From Styela clava (taxonomy: Eukaryota), in the NCBI RefSeq assembly GCF_964204865.1, contig NC_135253.1, positions 6,882,001 through 6,946,000 on the forward strand: 64,000 bases of DNA, in the 5' to 3' direction. Below are positions 1 through 13,514 of the stretch, in pieces (positions within the stretch are counted from its first letter, which is position 1; every line of letters begins with the position of its first letter). A program made the position numbers and the translations under genes. The notes under the pieces are model-generated. The model did no database searches, was not told where the DNA came from, and saw only the letters and a program-made list of their open reading frames with translations.

Positions 1-2504
1 ATAATCTAGATGGCTCCGAAATACTCATAATAATTAGCCTTATGTATTTGATTTTAACTAATGGAAATATGAGTTCATTCTAGTAGTTGAAGAGCTTATG
101 CATAAATGTCATAGTTTTACGTTTGGCCAGGGTGAAACAAGCGTGTATAGGTCTTCTTCTTCATCGTCGGTTACATCATGATGAACACACGTGTTATACA
201 AACAACACTGAGAAATTGTATTTTTAATTAAAAGTTCACTTTACTATATTAAACACAATTCTATGCAATAGGTATTCGGCAATTTTATATCATTTAATAT
301 TATCATTTTATATTTCATTTTTCACTTGCAAATTTGAATGCGAAGCGAAGGGGCAATAGTCCGAAACTCGCAGAAAAATAACCAATATGGCAGAAATACA
401 TTTTTACTGACTGTTATATGAAACTTTAGCGTAGACATAAATACCACAACAGTCTTGTGTATTAGCTTGAGGCTGAAAATTTCTTAGATATCAATTTATC
501 TTGAATAACTCATCGAGTCTTGATTATGATTATACTTGATTTATGAATGGAACATAGTCGAATGGTGTGACATTTCTAACATTATTTTAATATTTTTATC
601 GTTGCTGATTGCTGCAAACTGCAAAGCACTTGAACGTGCATATTTGTTGACAGATGAAACAAGCAATTGAATATCCCGAGGTTGGATAATTTTGAATTCA
701 CTTTCAGCATGCTAAATCATTGCGATACTATTTCTGTGTTTCTTTCATTAATATTTGATTCGTTTGAGTCCGATTTCATTTGTAAACTGCAAAATTATCC
801 ATAAGTCAGCATTTGCTTATTAATCCTTCTTCTTCCTCGACGATATTTATATCAAAAGCAAACCATTGTTTGTCCGAATATGAATGTAACATTGATCTTC
901 TGTCAGATAAATAAAATAAAGATCAACATCCCTACAAGACATGTTGGAGGAACTGGGGTCATTGACTCGAATCGAGCCGGACTAGAGTCGCGTTTCTCAA
1001 TGACTCGACGTGAACTCGGACTCGACAGACCATCATATGGAATTAACTTGGGAAGAAAAAATTGGACGAGTTATTGAATTAAAGAGAAAAATTCCTATGA
1101 AGTACAATTTCCCAAGCCCATTGATGATGTATGAAAAAAATAGACGATCGTTGAGAAGTGATTAGTTACTTTTGACTCCCTGCTCCATAGATTGTATAAG
1201 GCAAAATTATTTGAAAAAAATAAATAAAAATAGGTTATTGCAATGTAGTCACCACATAACATGTCCATACTATATATATATACAAAGCATGTAACATAAA
1301 TTTTTCTTCATATAAATCAAATAAAATGCTTATAACTGAATTGGTTCTGAGTGTATTTTTGCTAGAGATTATTATTCTATAAACTTGTATGTTTTAGATC
1401 AGTAGAAGCAAGTAAATTTTTAACAACATATTAGCGAAAATTTGGTTTTACTTTAAGCTGAAGATTATTGCTCGTGCACATTAAACTTGCAAACAAAAAG
1501 CTCTCAGCAATGCGAATATGATAAACAATAACTAACCGCATTACTGGGAATTGGGAATGCGTATGAGAGCCAACGAAAAGGAACTGATTTATCATATATA
1601 ATATGAAATAAGTGGCTTTAGGCCCGCAAATTTTCAACGCCATGGCGTGTCTAAAACAAACCCCATTTGCGCAGTAATGAAAAAATGAAATTTGGAAAAT
1701 TCTAGAAAACGGGGATACATAATCTCCAGTTCGTTATACGAAACACGTCATACTGTATTATCATACAAACCGACAGCCAGGTTTTGCACTATTGTAATAG
1801 AAGTTATTTTATTTTGAAGAAGAACTTTTTGAAACTCAAATTTGTAATTTGTTACTCCAATACACTTGAAACATAGCAATGCTCAGAGATATGGAGACGA
1901 AAGTGGTACGATCACCATGGGCACAAAACTGATGGAAAATCTTCGTGAAACCAGTAAATTTGTGGGGAAAACGAGCCTTAGGTTGCGTTCACTTAACTAG
2001 TACTACTTTCTTTCTTTTTCTGTGTTAGTGAATGCGTATGTACTGGTGCAAGGATAATGTAGCAATAATGTACTGCAGAATATGAAACTTCGTTTATACA
2101 TACATTAGTGTTGCAGAAGTAAACTAAAAATAGAAAACGAAAACGGACATCAATCCTTTCTCCCGCCTTTCAACCACAACAGAATTGAGTTATTGTCAAT
2201 TTAAAGAATATAAATGTATTGAAAAGATGTGGTACTGAGATAACGTATTGTTTACGCGCATTAATATTTTAAAAAACACTTAACTTTACTCCACGCTTGC
2301 TCGACGTAATATATGAATTCATGTTAAAAAATGTCGACAAATTATGTGTCAAGAATTCAAAATACAATACGGTAGCATGTCAAGTCAACTGGTTTCTTTG
2401 TCGTACCAACTGAATCAAATTATATAGTTTTTTTTAATAATTTTAATGCGCTTAATACATAACTTAATATTATTCAAACTTTTATACACATATATTTCAT
2501 CTAG

Positions 2505-3253
2505 ATTCTACTAATTTGGACTGCACAGAACCTAAGGTAGTTGGTCCTTGTTATTCGTCGCTGAGAAGATTTTTTTACAATACTGTAACGGAAAGTTGTG
2601 AAGTCTCTTAGTATGGCGGATGCAAAGGAAGCAAAAACAGATTTCTAACAAGAAGAGAGTGCGAATCAAACTGTCCAGCAAAACGTAACTTAAGATAAAG
2701 TATTCTTAAAATTTTAACAGTATGGATTGAAAACCGATTACCGGGACATTAACAAAAATGCGAAAACGGAAGTAATCAATGCAAAAAGATGATACAATGT
2801 TCAATTTATTGCAAACATTAGAAATGATGTAGGCTATGTTTTGCTAAAAGCTCCGCCCATGAAGTTTTACAATTTATGTTAGATTAGTGTACTATAAAGA
2901 ATAATAACATACATGCAATAAATGTTTCATCCATTTTTATTCAACTGCGGAGAGCTTATTCAGGCAAATAAAACAATGACTTTATTTACCACTGGTACAT
3001 TTTTGAATCTTAGTCTAACATTATTCTGATAGAGTGTTGTTTGGAACCCAAAAAACGCGGTCCCTGTGGAAACTACTCTTCTCGGAACTATTTTAATCGA
3101 AGGACAAGGCAATGTGAGCGTTTCATTTACGGAGGATGCCAGTCTAACGAAAACAACTTTCTCTCGAAAGAGGAATGCGAGAAAAAATGTCCAGTTGAAG
3201 TGCGAAAAGCTGAATTTACAAACCAGATCTCCTCGTCTAGTTACTTTGTTTGA
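2505..3253 (+). pseudogene. Two-domain Kunitz gene remnant (exons 2505-2684 and 3033-3253) with in-frame stop
   Basis: Exon A: STNLDCTEPKVVGPCYSSLRRFFYNTVTESCEVS*YGGCKGSKNRFLTRRECESNCPAK, with TAG at 2609-2611. Exon B: CCLEPKKRGPCGNYSSRNYFNRRTRQCERFIYGGCQSNENNFLSKEECEKKC. AG/GT boundaries are phase-1 compatible. No intact ATG/signal exon found. Confidence 0.85.
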
Positions 3254-4509
3254 CGACTGAAAATAATGATGTGGTTTTAGAGTGACGGATTCGACACGTC
3301 TTTATGCGATAAGGTGTAAATTGTACCATAAATTCGTAGTGTGTATACTTTATTGTTTGATGCTTTCGGATCATAATAATGATTTGGTTAATTCTGAAAT
3401 TTGGGTATAAGCTGATTACCGATTTTTTGTATTATATCGGTTCTTCGGTTTATCGTTTTTATTTCCATGTTCATCTTATTCATTCCAAGATTCTACTTTT
3501 CTAACTATTGCTGTTTTTTGTTAATGTAACAAGTTTCATATAAAGAAGTAAAATTTGTTATGTAGTTGAAATTCATGACTGCATATTTCTATATTTCCCC
3601 TTTTTTATTGTAGATTTATATTTAAAGTTCGTTGTAAATAAATATTTTTCTCGAAGCAAATATTTACTTGTTTTAATATGTGTTTTATAGGGTTACGTCG
3701 TAATTTTCGTTAATTTTCCTTTAATCAATGATATAGGACTATTTTATTGCCTTAACGGCATGGGGAGTGTCTGAGATATTCTATGTTCGTAGGCTAAGGT
3801 ACAAATAAAGCAGATTCTGACCGAGTGGAAAACAAATTTTGAGTGAAATTGTGAGAATGGAACTTGTGACCGTGTATAAAGGGTAGACATTTTCGTAAAA
3901 AAAAATAAAAAAAATGGCGGCATATGAAAACAGACTTTCAATCTTTCAAAGTTAACTGAGTGTATCCCATCATATGGACAGTGCCAACCCCAAGTAGAAA
4001 GCATATGCGGAACTGTATGATATGTGGATTTTCCAGCTAATTCATTGGAGTCGTAATCAATAAAAATACTTTTAAGCAATGTCATTTATTTAGTGATGGT
4101 CTTTTGTATACAATTTTGCAACTACAACAATGAATGAAACAGAAATATACAGAAATTATTTAGCAGCTTCTACGCATTGGCAAAACAGTATATAGTACAA
4201 TTCTGAATTACATTTTGAATACACACTTTTATTCAATTCAATGTCTTAATCAAAATCTAAAGTGATAAAAATAAGAAAGACCTTTTAGAAATAGTACATT
4301 TCGCTAACACGTATTGTCAAAAAATCGATTTTTTCATAACTTGATTTGTTTTTATAGATATGAGTCGCAGGTATAGTTGAAGCGCGAAATGAAATTCATG
4401 TGGATGCAATAGCAGAATTTTCTTTTCAAAAGAGTATGTTAAAAGGAAGAATTTTCACATGAAAATAATTGTCATGGAATTTGGTGCCACCACAAAATGT
4501 TGCAGTTTT

Positions 4510-5310
4510 TTACATACATTTATTTTTACAAGCCTGCTCGGTCAAGAAGTTGTTTTTGTTTGCTTGACATCCTCCCCATTCAAAATGGAGACAAACCTTG
4601 AGCTTTCTGTTGAAATAATATCTTGGTCTACGTGCAAAGCAAGGTCCCTTTTTTTTACGTTGGAGGCAATCAGGAACACAAGTATTTTCGCATTCGTCTA
4701 GGGTCGAAAAACGATTGGTATTTCCTTCAAATCCATGATATGTAAAGCTCAAGCATTGATGGTTTAGAAGCGGACTCGAAGAGTATCTGTGGTAAAATTT
4801 TGTGAGCAGAGCAAAACCTTTCCCAGAATCTTTTTTTAACTTGCACCGATCGGCCAATTTAGCTGAACACGACGAAATAGGTATTTAAATTAATGACAAT
4901 AACATACATATAATATATCTAAAGATATTTTTTTTATTCCTTCCACGGCGCTAATATATTCTAATTAATAAAAGAGCAATGCACAAATATATGGAAACGA
5001 AGAGCGAATGACTACCGCAATATCAGCAATCTTGAATATGAAATAGTTTCTAATAAGAAGAAAACAAAGAGTATAATTTGCCTCATACCCAAAGCGTGTT
5101 CCATGATGTACCGTTCCTAAGTTATACCCTAATAATTTGTTATAGTTACTAAAAAATTTTGCTGATGATACGTCTCTTGCAATTACCAATTTGATACTTA
5201 CCTTTAATTGATCGACGTTTTTTTGTGGAGCCAGCTGCACGTGACAATTCTGAGTAAAGCAGAAGAAGTATACAACAAACGGAAACGATGACTTTGAATT
5301 GTGACTTCAT
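4510..5310 (-). CDS. Secreted tandem Kunitz protein (4-Cys + 6-Cys domains); exons 5310-5202 and 4862-4510
   Basis: Exon 1 MKSQFKVIVSVCCILLLLYSELSRAAGSTKKRRSIK (signal peptide, gtaagt donor). Exon 2 C..GKGFA..C..FTYHGFEGNTNRF....C...C then C..GPCFARRPRYYF..C..FEWGGCQANKNNF..C...C*. Phases match, no lesions. Confidence 0.92.
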
Positions 5311-5415
5311 ATTTAAATTTTCTGTTTCTTAACTTATAGATCGCATAAAGCAAAATTATTTTGAAAAAATTGTAAATAGGTTATTGCAATGTAGTTACCA
5401 CATAACATGACACAA

Positions 5416-5421
5416 TTTATA
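5416..5421 (-). promoter_or_regulatory. Candidate TATA box of the 4510-5310 Kunitz gene
   Basis: TATAAA on the minus strand ~105 bp upstream of the ATG. Weak evidence in AT-rich DNA. Confidence 0.4.
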
Positions 5422-5509
5422 TACATACAAAACATGTAACATAAATTTTCTCCCCATATGAATTGAATAGAATACTTTAAACAGAATTGTTTCGAAGTGT
5501 GTTTTTTTT

Positions 5510-6046
5510 TAACTTCTGTAGTATCTTGGAAAGTATCCTAAACATGGCCCTGATTTTTCTTTCTGAAGACAGGGTAGGGACACAGATGTTTTCGCATCGA
5601 TCCTCAGTCGGGAATCGATTTGGGTTGTTTTCATATCCGTGATAAAAGAATTTAGACATCGCTTTTGGAAATGGCTATAATAGAATCTCGGCAGAAAGGC
5701 CAAGCGGTCCCCATCGTTTTCAAGAAAAAAGCATGGAGTTATGATTCGTTCTGAACAAAAAATACAACACAATAATGAAGCTTGTGCTTAGAACATAATT
5801 GCAATAAATTATTGCTATATTCTATATCATCACTGTCTTTTTGTACACTTTCAATTGCATATTTTACTAATGATTAAGTGACGAGTAACAAAACTGATAT
5901 AAGACTTGATATGAAAATATGAAGCTCGAAACTTACTTTCACCAAATCCCTTTGTGGAAGCTTTCGTAAACGCTATTCGATACTGCAATTTCTGACACTG
6001 CAATCACAATGCAAGCGACAATAAAAATTGCAAATATGGACTTCAA
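5510..6046 (-). pseudogene. Kunitz pseudogene, paralog of the 16017-16651 gene
   Basis: Relative to the 16 kb gene: ATG>TTG, +1 frameshift in the signal exon (~5970), two frameshifts in exon 2 (~5652, ~5572), and domain 2 truncated after GPCLGYFPRYY by a deletion joining it to the upstream region of the next gene. Confidence 0.9.
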
Positions 6047-7376
6047 TATTTGGATTTACTCTTCATTTATTTCTATGTTTCCGAAAAAAGTTAAAACAGG
6101 GATACGAATGTCATTTATGTTAGGTGATTTCATATATTGATTAATATTTACACATTAAATATGAAACATTTCAATTGAAGATGATGAGGACATAAATATT
6201 GTAATAAAAATTAGTTCAAACTGATGCTTAACCTATATGCATAAATGTCTTAGTGTTACGTTTTGCCGGGGTAAAACAACTTAAAACAAGCATTTTTCCT
6301 CATCTTCGGTTACATCATGTTGAACACGCGTGTCTGATAATTTTTTTCAAATAAAAGTTCATTTTACTATATTTAACACAATTCTATGGAATATGTTATC
6401 GACAATTTTTCAACACTCCTCTTCAAAATATTATAATTTCATATTTTATTTTTCCCTTGCAAATTTGAATGTGTAGTAAAGAGGCAATAGTCCGAAACTC
6501 GCTAAAACATAACCAATATGGCATAAATACATTTTTACTGACTGTTATATGAAACTTCAATGTAGACATAAATACCACAACAGTCTCGTGTATTAGATTG
6601 AGGCTGAAAATTTCTTAGAAATGGATTTAATCTGAAGAACGTATCGAGTCTTGATGATGAATACACTTGATTTATGAATGGAACATTGTTGAATGGTGTG
6701 ACATTTCTAGTCTTATTTTATTATTTTTATTGTTGCTGAATGCTGCAAACTGCAAAGCGTTTAAGCGTGACAGATGAAACAAACAATTGAATATCCCGAG
6801 GCTACAAACTTTTTGAATTCACTTTTCAGCATGCTATATTATTGCAATACTCCTTTTTTTAATATTCTTTAATTTGTTTGAGTATGATTCCATTTGTCAA
6901 CTGCAAAATTATCCACCAAAAGTCAGCATTTCCTTCTTGGTCCTTCTTCATCTTCGACGAAATTTATATCAAAAGCAAACCCTTGTTTTTTCAAATATTG
7001 AACATTGATCTTCTGTCAGATAAATAAAATAAAGACCAACAACATGCCTACAAGACATGTTGGGGTAACTAGTGTCATTGACTCGAATCGAGCCGCACTG
7101 GAGTCACGTTTTTCAATGACTCGACGTGAACTCGGACTCGACAGACTATCAGATGGACTTGATTTAAGAAGTAAATTTTGAATGAGTCTATGAATTAGAA
7201 TGAAAAATTCCCATAAAGTACAATTTCCCAAGCCCGTTGATGATGTATGAAAAAAATTGACAACCGCCGAGATATGTCAAGTTAATTTTGACTCTCTGCT
7301 CTCGAATTATAGATTGCAAGAAGTGAAATTATTTGTAAAAAATTAAAAATAGGTTATTGCAATGTAGTTACCACAT

Positions 7377-8278
7377 GGTTCCATTGTCTTCGAACCCACG
7401 TACATTTGCACCCGTACAATTTAACTCGTAATTTGAACCCAGGACAATTGCATCTGCATACTTTTGCACCTATGGACATTTGAACCCACGAATAATTGTA
7501 CCCATACATTTGCACCAGCAGATTTTTGCATTTACATGCAGATCGCACCCATATACATTTGCACCTATGAACATTTGAACCCATGTACATATGCACTTAT
7601 GGACATTTGCACCCATGAACATTTGAACCCATGTACATTTGCACCCACGGACATTTGAACCCATGGACATTTGAGCCCACGGACATATGAACCCATGGAC
7701 ATTTGCACCCACGGACGTTTGAACCCATTGGCATTTGCACCCATGTACATTTGAACCCACGTACTTTTGCATCCATGGACGTTTGCATCCATGAACAATT
7801 GCACCCGCGTACATAGGCAACTATGAACATTTGCACCCTCGGATATTTGCATCTTTGGACACTTGCACCTATGAAATTTTGCACCCGTAAACATATACAC
7901 TCGTGGAAACCACTCTTCGAATTAAAGAGGTTCTATTGTCATTTGGGCCGAAATAGCGAAATCCTAATGCTATTTATAGTAATGAAGACGATCTTCCTGC
8001 AAACCCGAACGCGATTAATTTAGATTTTCATTCTTTAACACAGACCGAAGAAAACCATCCGCATCGGTATAGAAGCCATTATGACGCAATAATACAAAGA
8101 GTAAAAGTACTGTAAACAACTTGTTACAAAATTGTTTTGTACAATTAATTTAACACTGACTTGAATAATTTGTGTACCACCACTTTCCTTCCCCATCGTC
8201 TACTAACCAGCGCACATTCGACTACGTTTGCGTTATTTCATCGGAAGAAAATGACCGATAAAATGAGGAAAGATTTAT
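7377..8278. mobile_element. Foldback/MULE-like element, left arm plus part of the interior (truncated duplicate)
   Basis: Begins TTACCACAT|GGTTCCATT like the complete copy. 16-bp ACATTTG(C/A)ACCCA(T/C)GG array to ~7890, then interior matching 9690-10070. Confidence 0.85.
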
Positions 8279-9136
8279 TAAGAAGGGTCATTGACTCGAT
8301 TCGAGTCGGACTGGAGTCACGTTTCTCAATGACTCGACGTGAACTCGGACTCGACAGACCATCAGATGGAATGAACTTGGGAAGAAACATTTGGACGAGT
8401 CTTTGAATTAAAGAGAAAAATTCCTATAAAGTACAATTTTCTAAGTCACTATGCGGTGTGACATTTCTAGCATTATTTTATTATTTTTATTGTTGCTGAA
8501 TGCTGCAAACTGCAAAGCGTTTAAACGTGACAGATGAAACAAACAATTGAATATCCCGAGGCTACAAACTTTTTGAATTCACTTTTCAGCAGGCTATATA
8601 ATTGCGATACTCCTTTTGTGTTTTTTTAATATTATTTTATGTGTTTGAGTCTGATTCCTTTGTCAACTGCAAAATTATCCACCAAAAGTCAGCATTTCCT
8701 TCTTAATCCTTCTTCTTCTTCGACGATATTTTATCAAAATCAAACCCTTGTTTTTTCAAATATGGAGCATTGATCTTCTGTCAGATAAATAAAATAAAGA
8801 CCAACATCCCTACAAGACATGTTGGGGTAACTAGGGTCATTGACTCGAATCGAACCGCACTGGAGTCACGTTTTTTTTTTTTGACTCGACGCAAACTCGG
8901 ACCCGACAGACTATCAGATGGACTTGACTTAAGAAGAAAATTTTGAACGAGTCTATGAATTAGAAAGAAAAATTTCCATAAAGTACAATTTCCCAAGCCC
9001 GTTGATGATGTATGAAAAAAATGACAACCGCCGAGAAATGTCTAGTTAATTTTGACTCTTTGCTCTCGAATTATAGATTGCAAGAAGTTGATTTGTAAAA
9101 AATTAAAAATAGGTTATTGCAATGTAGTTACCACAT

Positions 9137-10893
9137 GGTTTCATTGTCTTCGAACCCACGTACATTTGAACCTGTAATTTGAACCAAGGACAATTGCATC
9201 TGCATACTTTTGCACCTATGGACATTTGAACCCACGAATAATTGTACCCATACATTTGCACCAGCAGATTTTTGCATTCACATGCAGATCGCACCCATAT
9301 ACATTTGCACCTATGGACATTTGAACCCATGTATATATGCACCTATGGACATTTGCACCCACGAACATTTGAACACATGTACATTTGCACCCACGGACAT
9401 TTGAACCCATGGACATTTGAACCCACGGACATATGAACCCATAGACATTTGCACCCACGGACATTTGAACCCATTGACATTTGCACCCATGTACATTTGA
9501 ACCCACGGACATTTGCACCCACGTACTTTTGCAGCCACGTACATTTGAACCAACGAACATTTGCATCCATCGACGTTTGCATCCATGTACAATTGCACCC
9601 GCGTACATTTGTAACTATGAACATTTGCACCCACGGATATTGGCATCTTTGAACACCTGCACCTAAGGAATTTTGCACCCGTAAACATATACACCCTTGG
9701 AAACTACTGTTTGAATTAAAGAGGCTCTATTGCCATTTGGGCCGAAATAGCGAAATCCTAATGCTATGTATAGTAATGAAGACGAACTTACCGCAAACTC
9801 GAACGCAGTTAATTTGGATTTTCATCCTTCAACACAGACCGAGGAAAACACTCCGCATCAGTATAGAAGCCATTAGGACGCAATAATACAATGAGCAAAA
9901 AGTGCTGTAAACAACTTGTTACAAAATTGTTTTGTACATTTAATTTAACACTGTCTTGATTAATTCATGTATCACCACTTTTCTTCCCCATCGTCTACTA
10001 ACTAGCGCACATTCGACTACGTTTGCGTTATTTCATTGAAAGAAAATGACCGATAAAATGGACAAGATTTATAACTCGCAATGACAGTGAAAACGTAGCG
10101 ACTCTCACTAAGAACAAGGGATACTTATAAATTTGTAATCCATCTTCATTTTGAATGTATATTTATAGTTAGTAATTGAAGTTTGTCTGAAACATAGTTA
10201 TTCGCGAGCATGGCTCTGGGTGCGTTTCTGGGGTACATGCATATGCGTGAGAATATCATGTGTGAAAATATCCGTGTAATCAGATGTGCATAGGTACGAA
10301 AGTCAATTAATGGAAATGTACACGACAGCAAATGTATGCGGGTGCGTATGTACCGGGTTCAAATGTTCGTGGGTATGAATATCCATGGATTCAAATGTCC
10401 ATGGGTTCAAATGTCCGTGAGTGCAAATTTCCATGGGTTCAAATGTTCGTGGGTGCAAATGTCCATGGGTCCAAATGTCCGTGGGTGCAAATGTTCATGG
10501 GTTTAAATGTCCGCTGGTGCAAATGTTCGTGGGTTCAAATGTTCATGGGTGCAAATGTACATGGGTGCAAATGTTCGTGGGTGCAAATGTACATGGGTGC
10601 AAATGTTCGTGGGTTCAATTGTTCATGGGTGCAAATGCACATCGGTGCAAACGTCTTTAGGTTAAAATGTTCGTGGGTGCAAATGTACATGGGTTCAAAT
10701 GTCCTCGAGTGCAAATGTACATGGATTCAATTGTTCGCGGGTTCAATCTATATGCGGGTGCTAAAATATATGGGTGGAAATGTATGGATACAAATGTCCG
10801 TGGGTGCAAATGTCTGTGGGTGCAAACGTATATAGGTGCAAATGACCCGGGTGTATGGGTTCAAATGTCCGTAGATTCAAATGTGCTGTCAAT
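9137..10893. mobile_element. Complete non-autonomous foldback/MULE-like DNA transposon, 1757 bp
   Basis: Inverted arms (~9137-9690 and ~10305-10893) of 16-bp subrepeats. Perfect 9-bp TSD TTACCACAT (9128-9136 and 10894-10902). An empty site with a single TTACCACAT is present in the paralogous block at 5395-5403. No transposase ORF. Confidence 0.92.
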
Positions 10894-12271
10894 TTACCAC
10901 ATAAAATGTACATACTTTATACATACAAAGCATGTAACATAAAGTTCTCCCCATAAAAATCAAATAAAATGCTTATAACTAAATTGTTCTGGAATGTATT
11001 TTTCTAGAGACTCTATTTTTATAAACTTGTAAGAAATGTTGTTGATTAGTAGAACCAAGTGAATTCATAACAACGGATTAGCGAAAATTTGTTTTTTCCT
11101 TAAGCTGGAAATTATTGCTCGTGCTCATTAAACTTGCAACCAAAAAGCTTTCAGCAATGCGGATACGATAAACAATAATTAACTGACCGAATTAATGTGA
11201 ATTGGGAATGCATATCAGGGCCAACGAAAATAAACCGATTTATCATATGTAATTTAAATAAGAAGCTAGAGGTACTTATAAGTAGTAAATTTTCAACGTC
11301 ATGGCGTAAACCACATTTGCGCACCTAAAGTTATAATCATATTTAAAAAAGTCTGGAAAGCGGTGATAATTAATCTTCAGTTCGTTGTATGAAACACGTC
11401 ATGCTCTATTATTATACAAACCGACAGCACCAGGTTTCGTAATATCGCATTGGAAGTTTTTTTAATTTAAAACCAGAAATTTCTGAAGCTCGAATTTGTA
11501 ATTTGTTACTCCAATATTTTTGAAACGTAGCAATGCTGAGAGATATGGAGATGAAAGTAGTACGGCCACCATGGGCACACAACTGATAGAAATCTTTGTG
11601 AAATCAGCAATTTGTGGGGAATCAAGCCTTAGGTTGCGTTCACTTAACTAGTACTACTTTCTTTCCGTTTTTGTGCTAGTGAATTCGTATGTACTGGTGC
11701 AAGGATAATGTAGCAATAATCTAAACGGCTCTGAAATAATCATAATAAATAGCCTTATGTATTTGATTTTTAACTAATGGAAATATGAGTTCATTCTAGT
11801 AGTTGAACAGCTTATAAAAAAATAATATAGTTCCACGTTTTGCCAGGGTAAAACAAGCTTGTATAGGCATTTTTCCTCATCGTAGGTTACATTATGATGA
11901 ACATATCTGTCTACCAACAAAGCTGAAATATAGTTTTTTTTTTAATTAAAAGTTCAATTCACTATATTTTACACAATTCTATGGAATATGTATTGGGCAA
12001 TTTTTCAACATTTCTCTTCAAAATATTTTCTTTTCATATTTTATTTTTTACTCGCAAATTTGAATGTGTAGTAAAGGCTAGAAACTATTTGAATTTACTT
12101 TTCAGCATGTTTTATCATTGCGATACTCCTTCTGTGTTTTTAGTTACCATATAACATGTGCATATGTATACATACAAAGCATGTAACATAAAGTTCTCCC
12201 AATAGAAATCGAATAAAATGCTTATAACTGAATTGTTCCGGAATGCATTTTTCTAGAGACTCATAATAAAT

Positions 12272-13514
12272 ATGGAATTTGGCCCTCGTAAACATATACA
12301 CCCGTGGAAACCACTCTCTGAATTAAAGAGGCTCTATTGCCATTTGGGCCGAAATAGCGAAATCCTAATGCTATGTATAGTAATGAAGACGAACTAACTG
12401 CAAACCCGAACGCGATTAATTTGGATTTTCATCTTTTAACACAGACCGAGGAAAATCATCAGCATTGGTATAGAAGCCATTATGACGCAATAATACAAAG
12501 AGCAAAAAGTGCTGTAAACAACTTGTTACAAAATTGTCTTGTACAATTAATTTAACACTGTCTTGATTAATTCATGTATCACCACTTTTCTTCCCCATCG
12601 TCTACGTTTGCGGTTTTTCATCGAAAAAAAAAAATGACCGATAAAATGGACAAGATTTATATCTCGCAATGACAGTAAAAACGTAGCGACTATCACCAAG
12701 AACAAGGAATACATATAAATTTGTAATCCATCTTCATTTCGAATATATATTTATAGTTAGTAATTGAAGTTTGTATGAAACATGGTTATTCGCAAACATG
12801 GCTCTGGGTGCGTTTCAGAGGTACATGCATATGCGTGAGAATATCATGGGGGAAAATAACCGTGGAAACAGATGTGCATGGGTACAAAAAGTTCATTAAT
12901 GGAAATGTACACAACAGCAAATGTCCGCGGGTGCAAATGTACCGGGTTCAAATGTCCGTGGGTATGAATATCCATGGGTTCAAATGTCCATGGGTTCAAA
13001 TGTCCGTGAGTGCAAATTTCCATGGGTTCAAATGTCTGTGGGTGCAAAAGTCCATGAGTTCAAATGTCCGTGGGTGCAAATGTACATGGGTTCAAATGTC
13101 CGAAAGTGCAAATGTTCGTGGGTTCAAATGTTCATGGGTGCAAATGTACATGGGTGCAAATGTTCGTGGGTGCAATTGTACATGGGTGCAAATGTTTGTG
13201 AGTTCAAATGTTCATGGTTGCAAATGTACATCGGTGCAAATGTCCGTAGGTGCAAATGTTCATGGGTGCAAATGTACATGGGTTCAAATGTCCGCGAGTG
13301 CAAATGTACATGGATTCAAATGTCAGCGAGTGCAAATGTACATGGGTTCAAATGTTCGCGGGTTCAATCTATATGCGGGTGCTAAAATATATGGGTGGAA
13401 ATGAATGGATACAAATGTTCGTGGGTGCAAATGTCTGTGGGTGCAAACGTATATAGGTGCCAATGACCCGGGTGTATGGGTTCAAATGTCCGTAGGTTCA
13501 AATGTGCTGTCAAT
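12272..13514. mobile_element. Foldback/MULE-like element, interior plus right arm (truncated duplicate)
   Basis: Matches 9665-10893 and ends GTCAAT|TTACCACAT. Left arm missing. Confidence 0.85.

Noticed and set aside
880-1077. 65-aa ORF recurring in block A as a gene
   Set aside because: Frame is not preserved among copies and its core is the GACTCG repeat segment missing from the 17.7 kb copy.
2609-2611. Stop-codon reassignment explaining the TAG in the Kunitz exon
   Set aside because: TAG ends other genes here (51910-51912), the neighbouring conserved Phe is also mutated, and no start exon is intact.
7390-7890. 16-bp arrays as a CRISPR array
   Set aside because: No unique spacers, no cas genes, and eukaryotic spliced context.
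7354-13456. Many Cys/Met/Trp-rich ORFs (WVQM/GANV/CKC repeats) on both strands
   Set aside because: They are translations of the 16-bp subrepeat; the same peptides appear in all frames and the region is bounded by a TSD.
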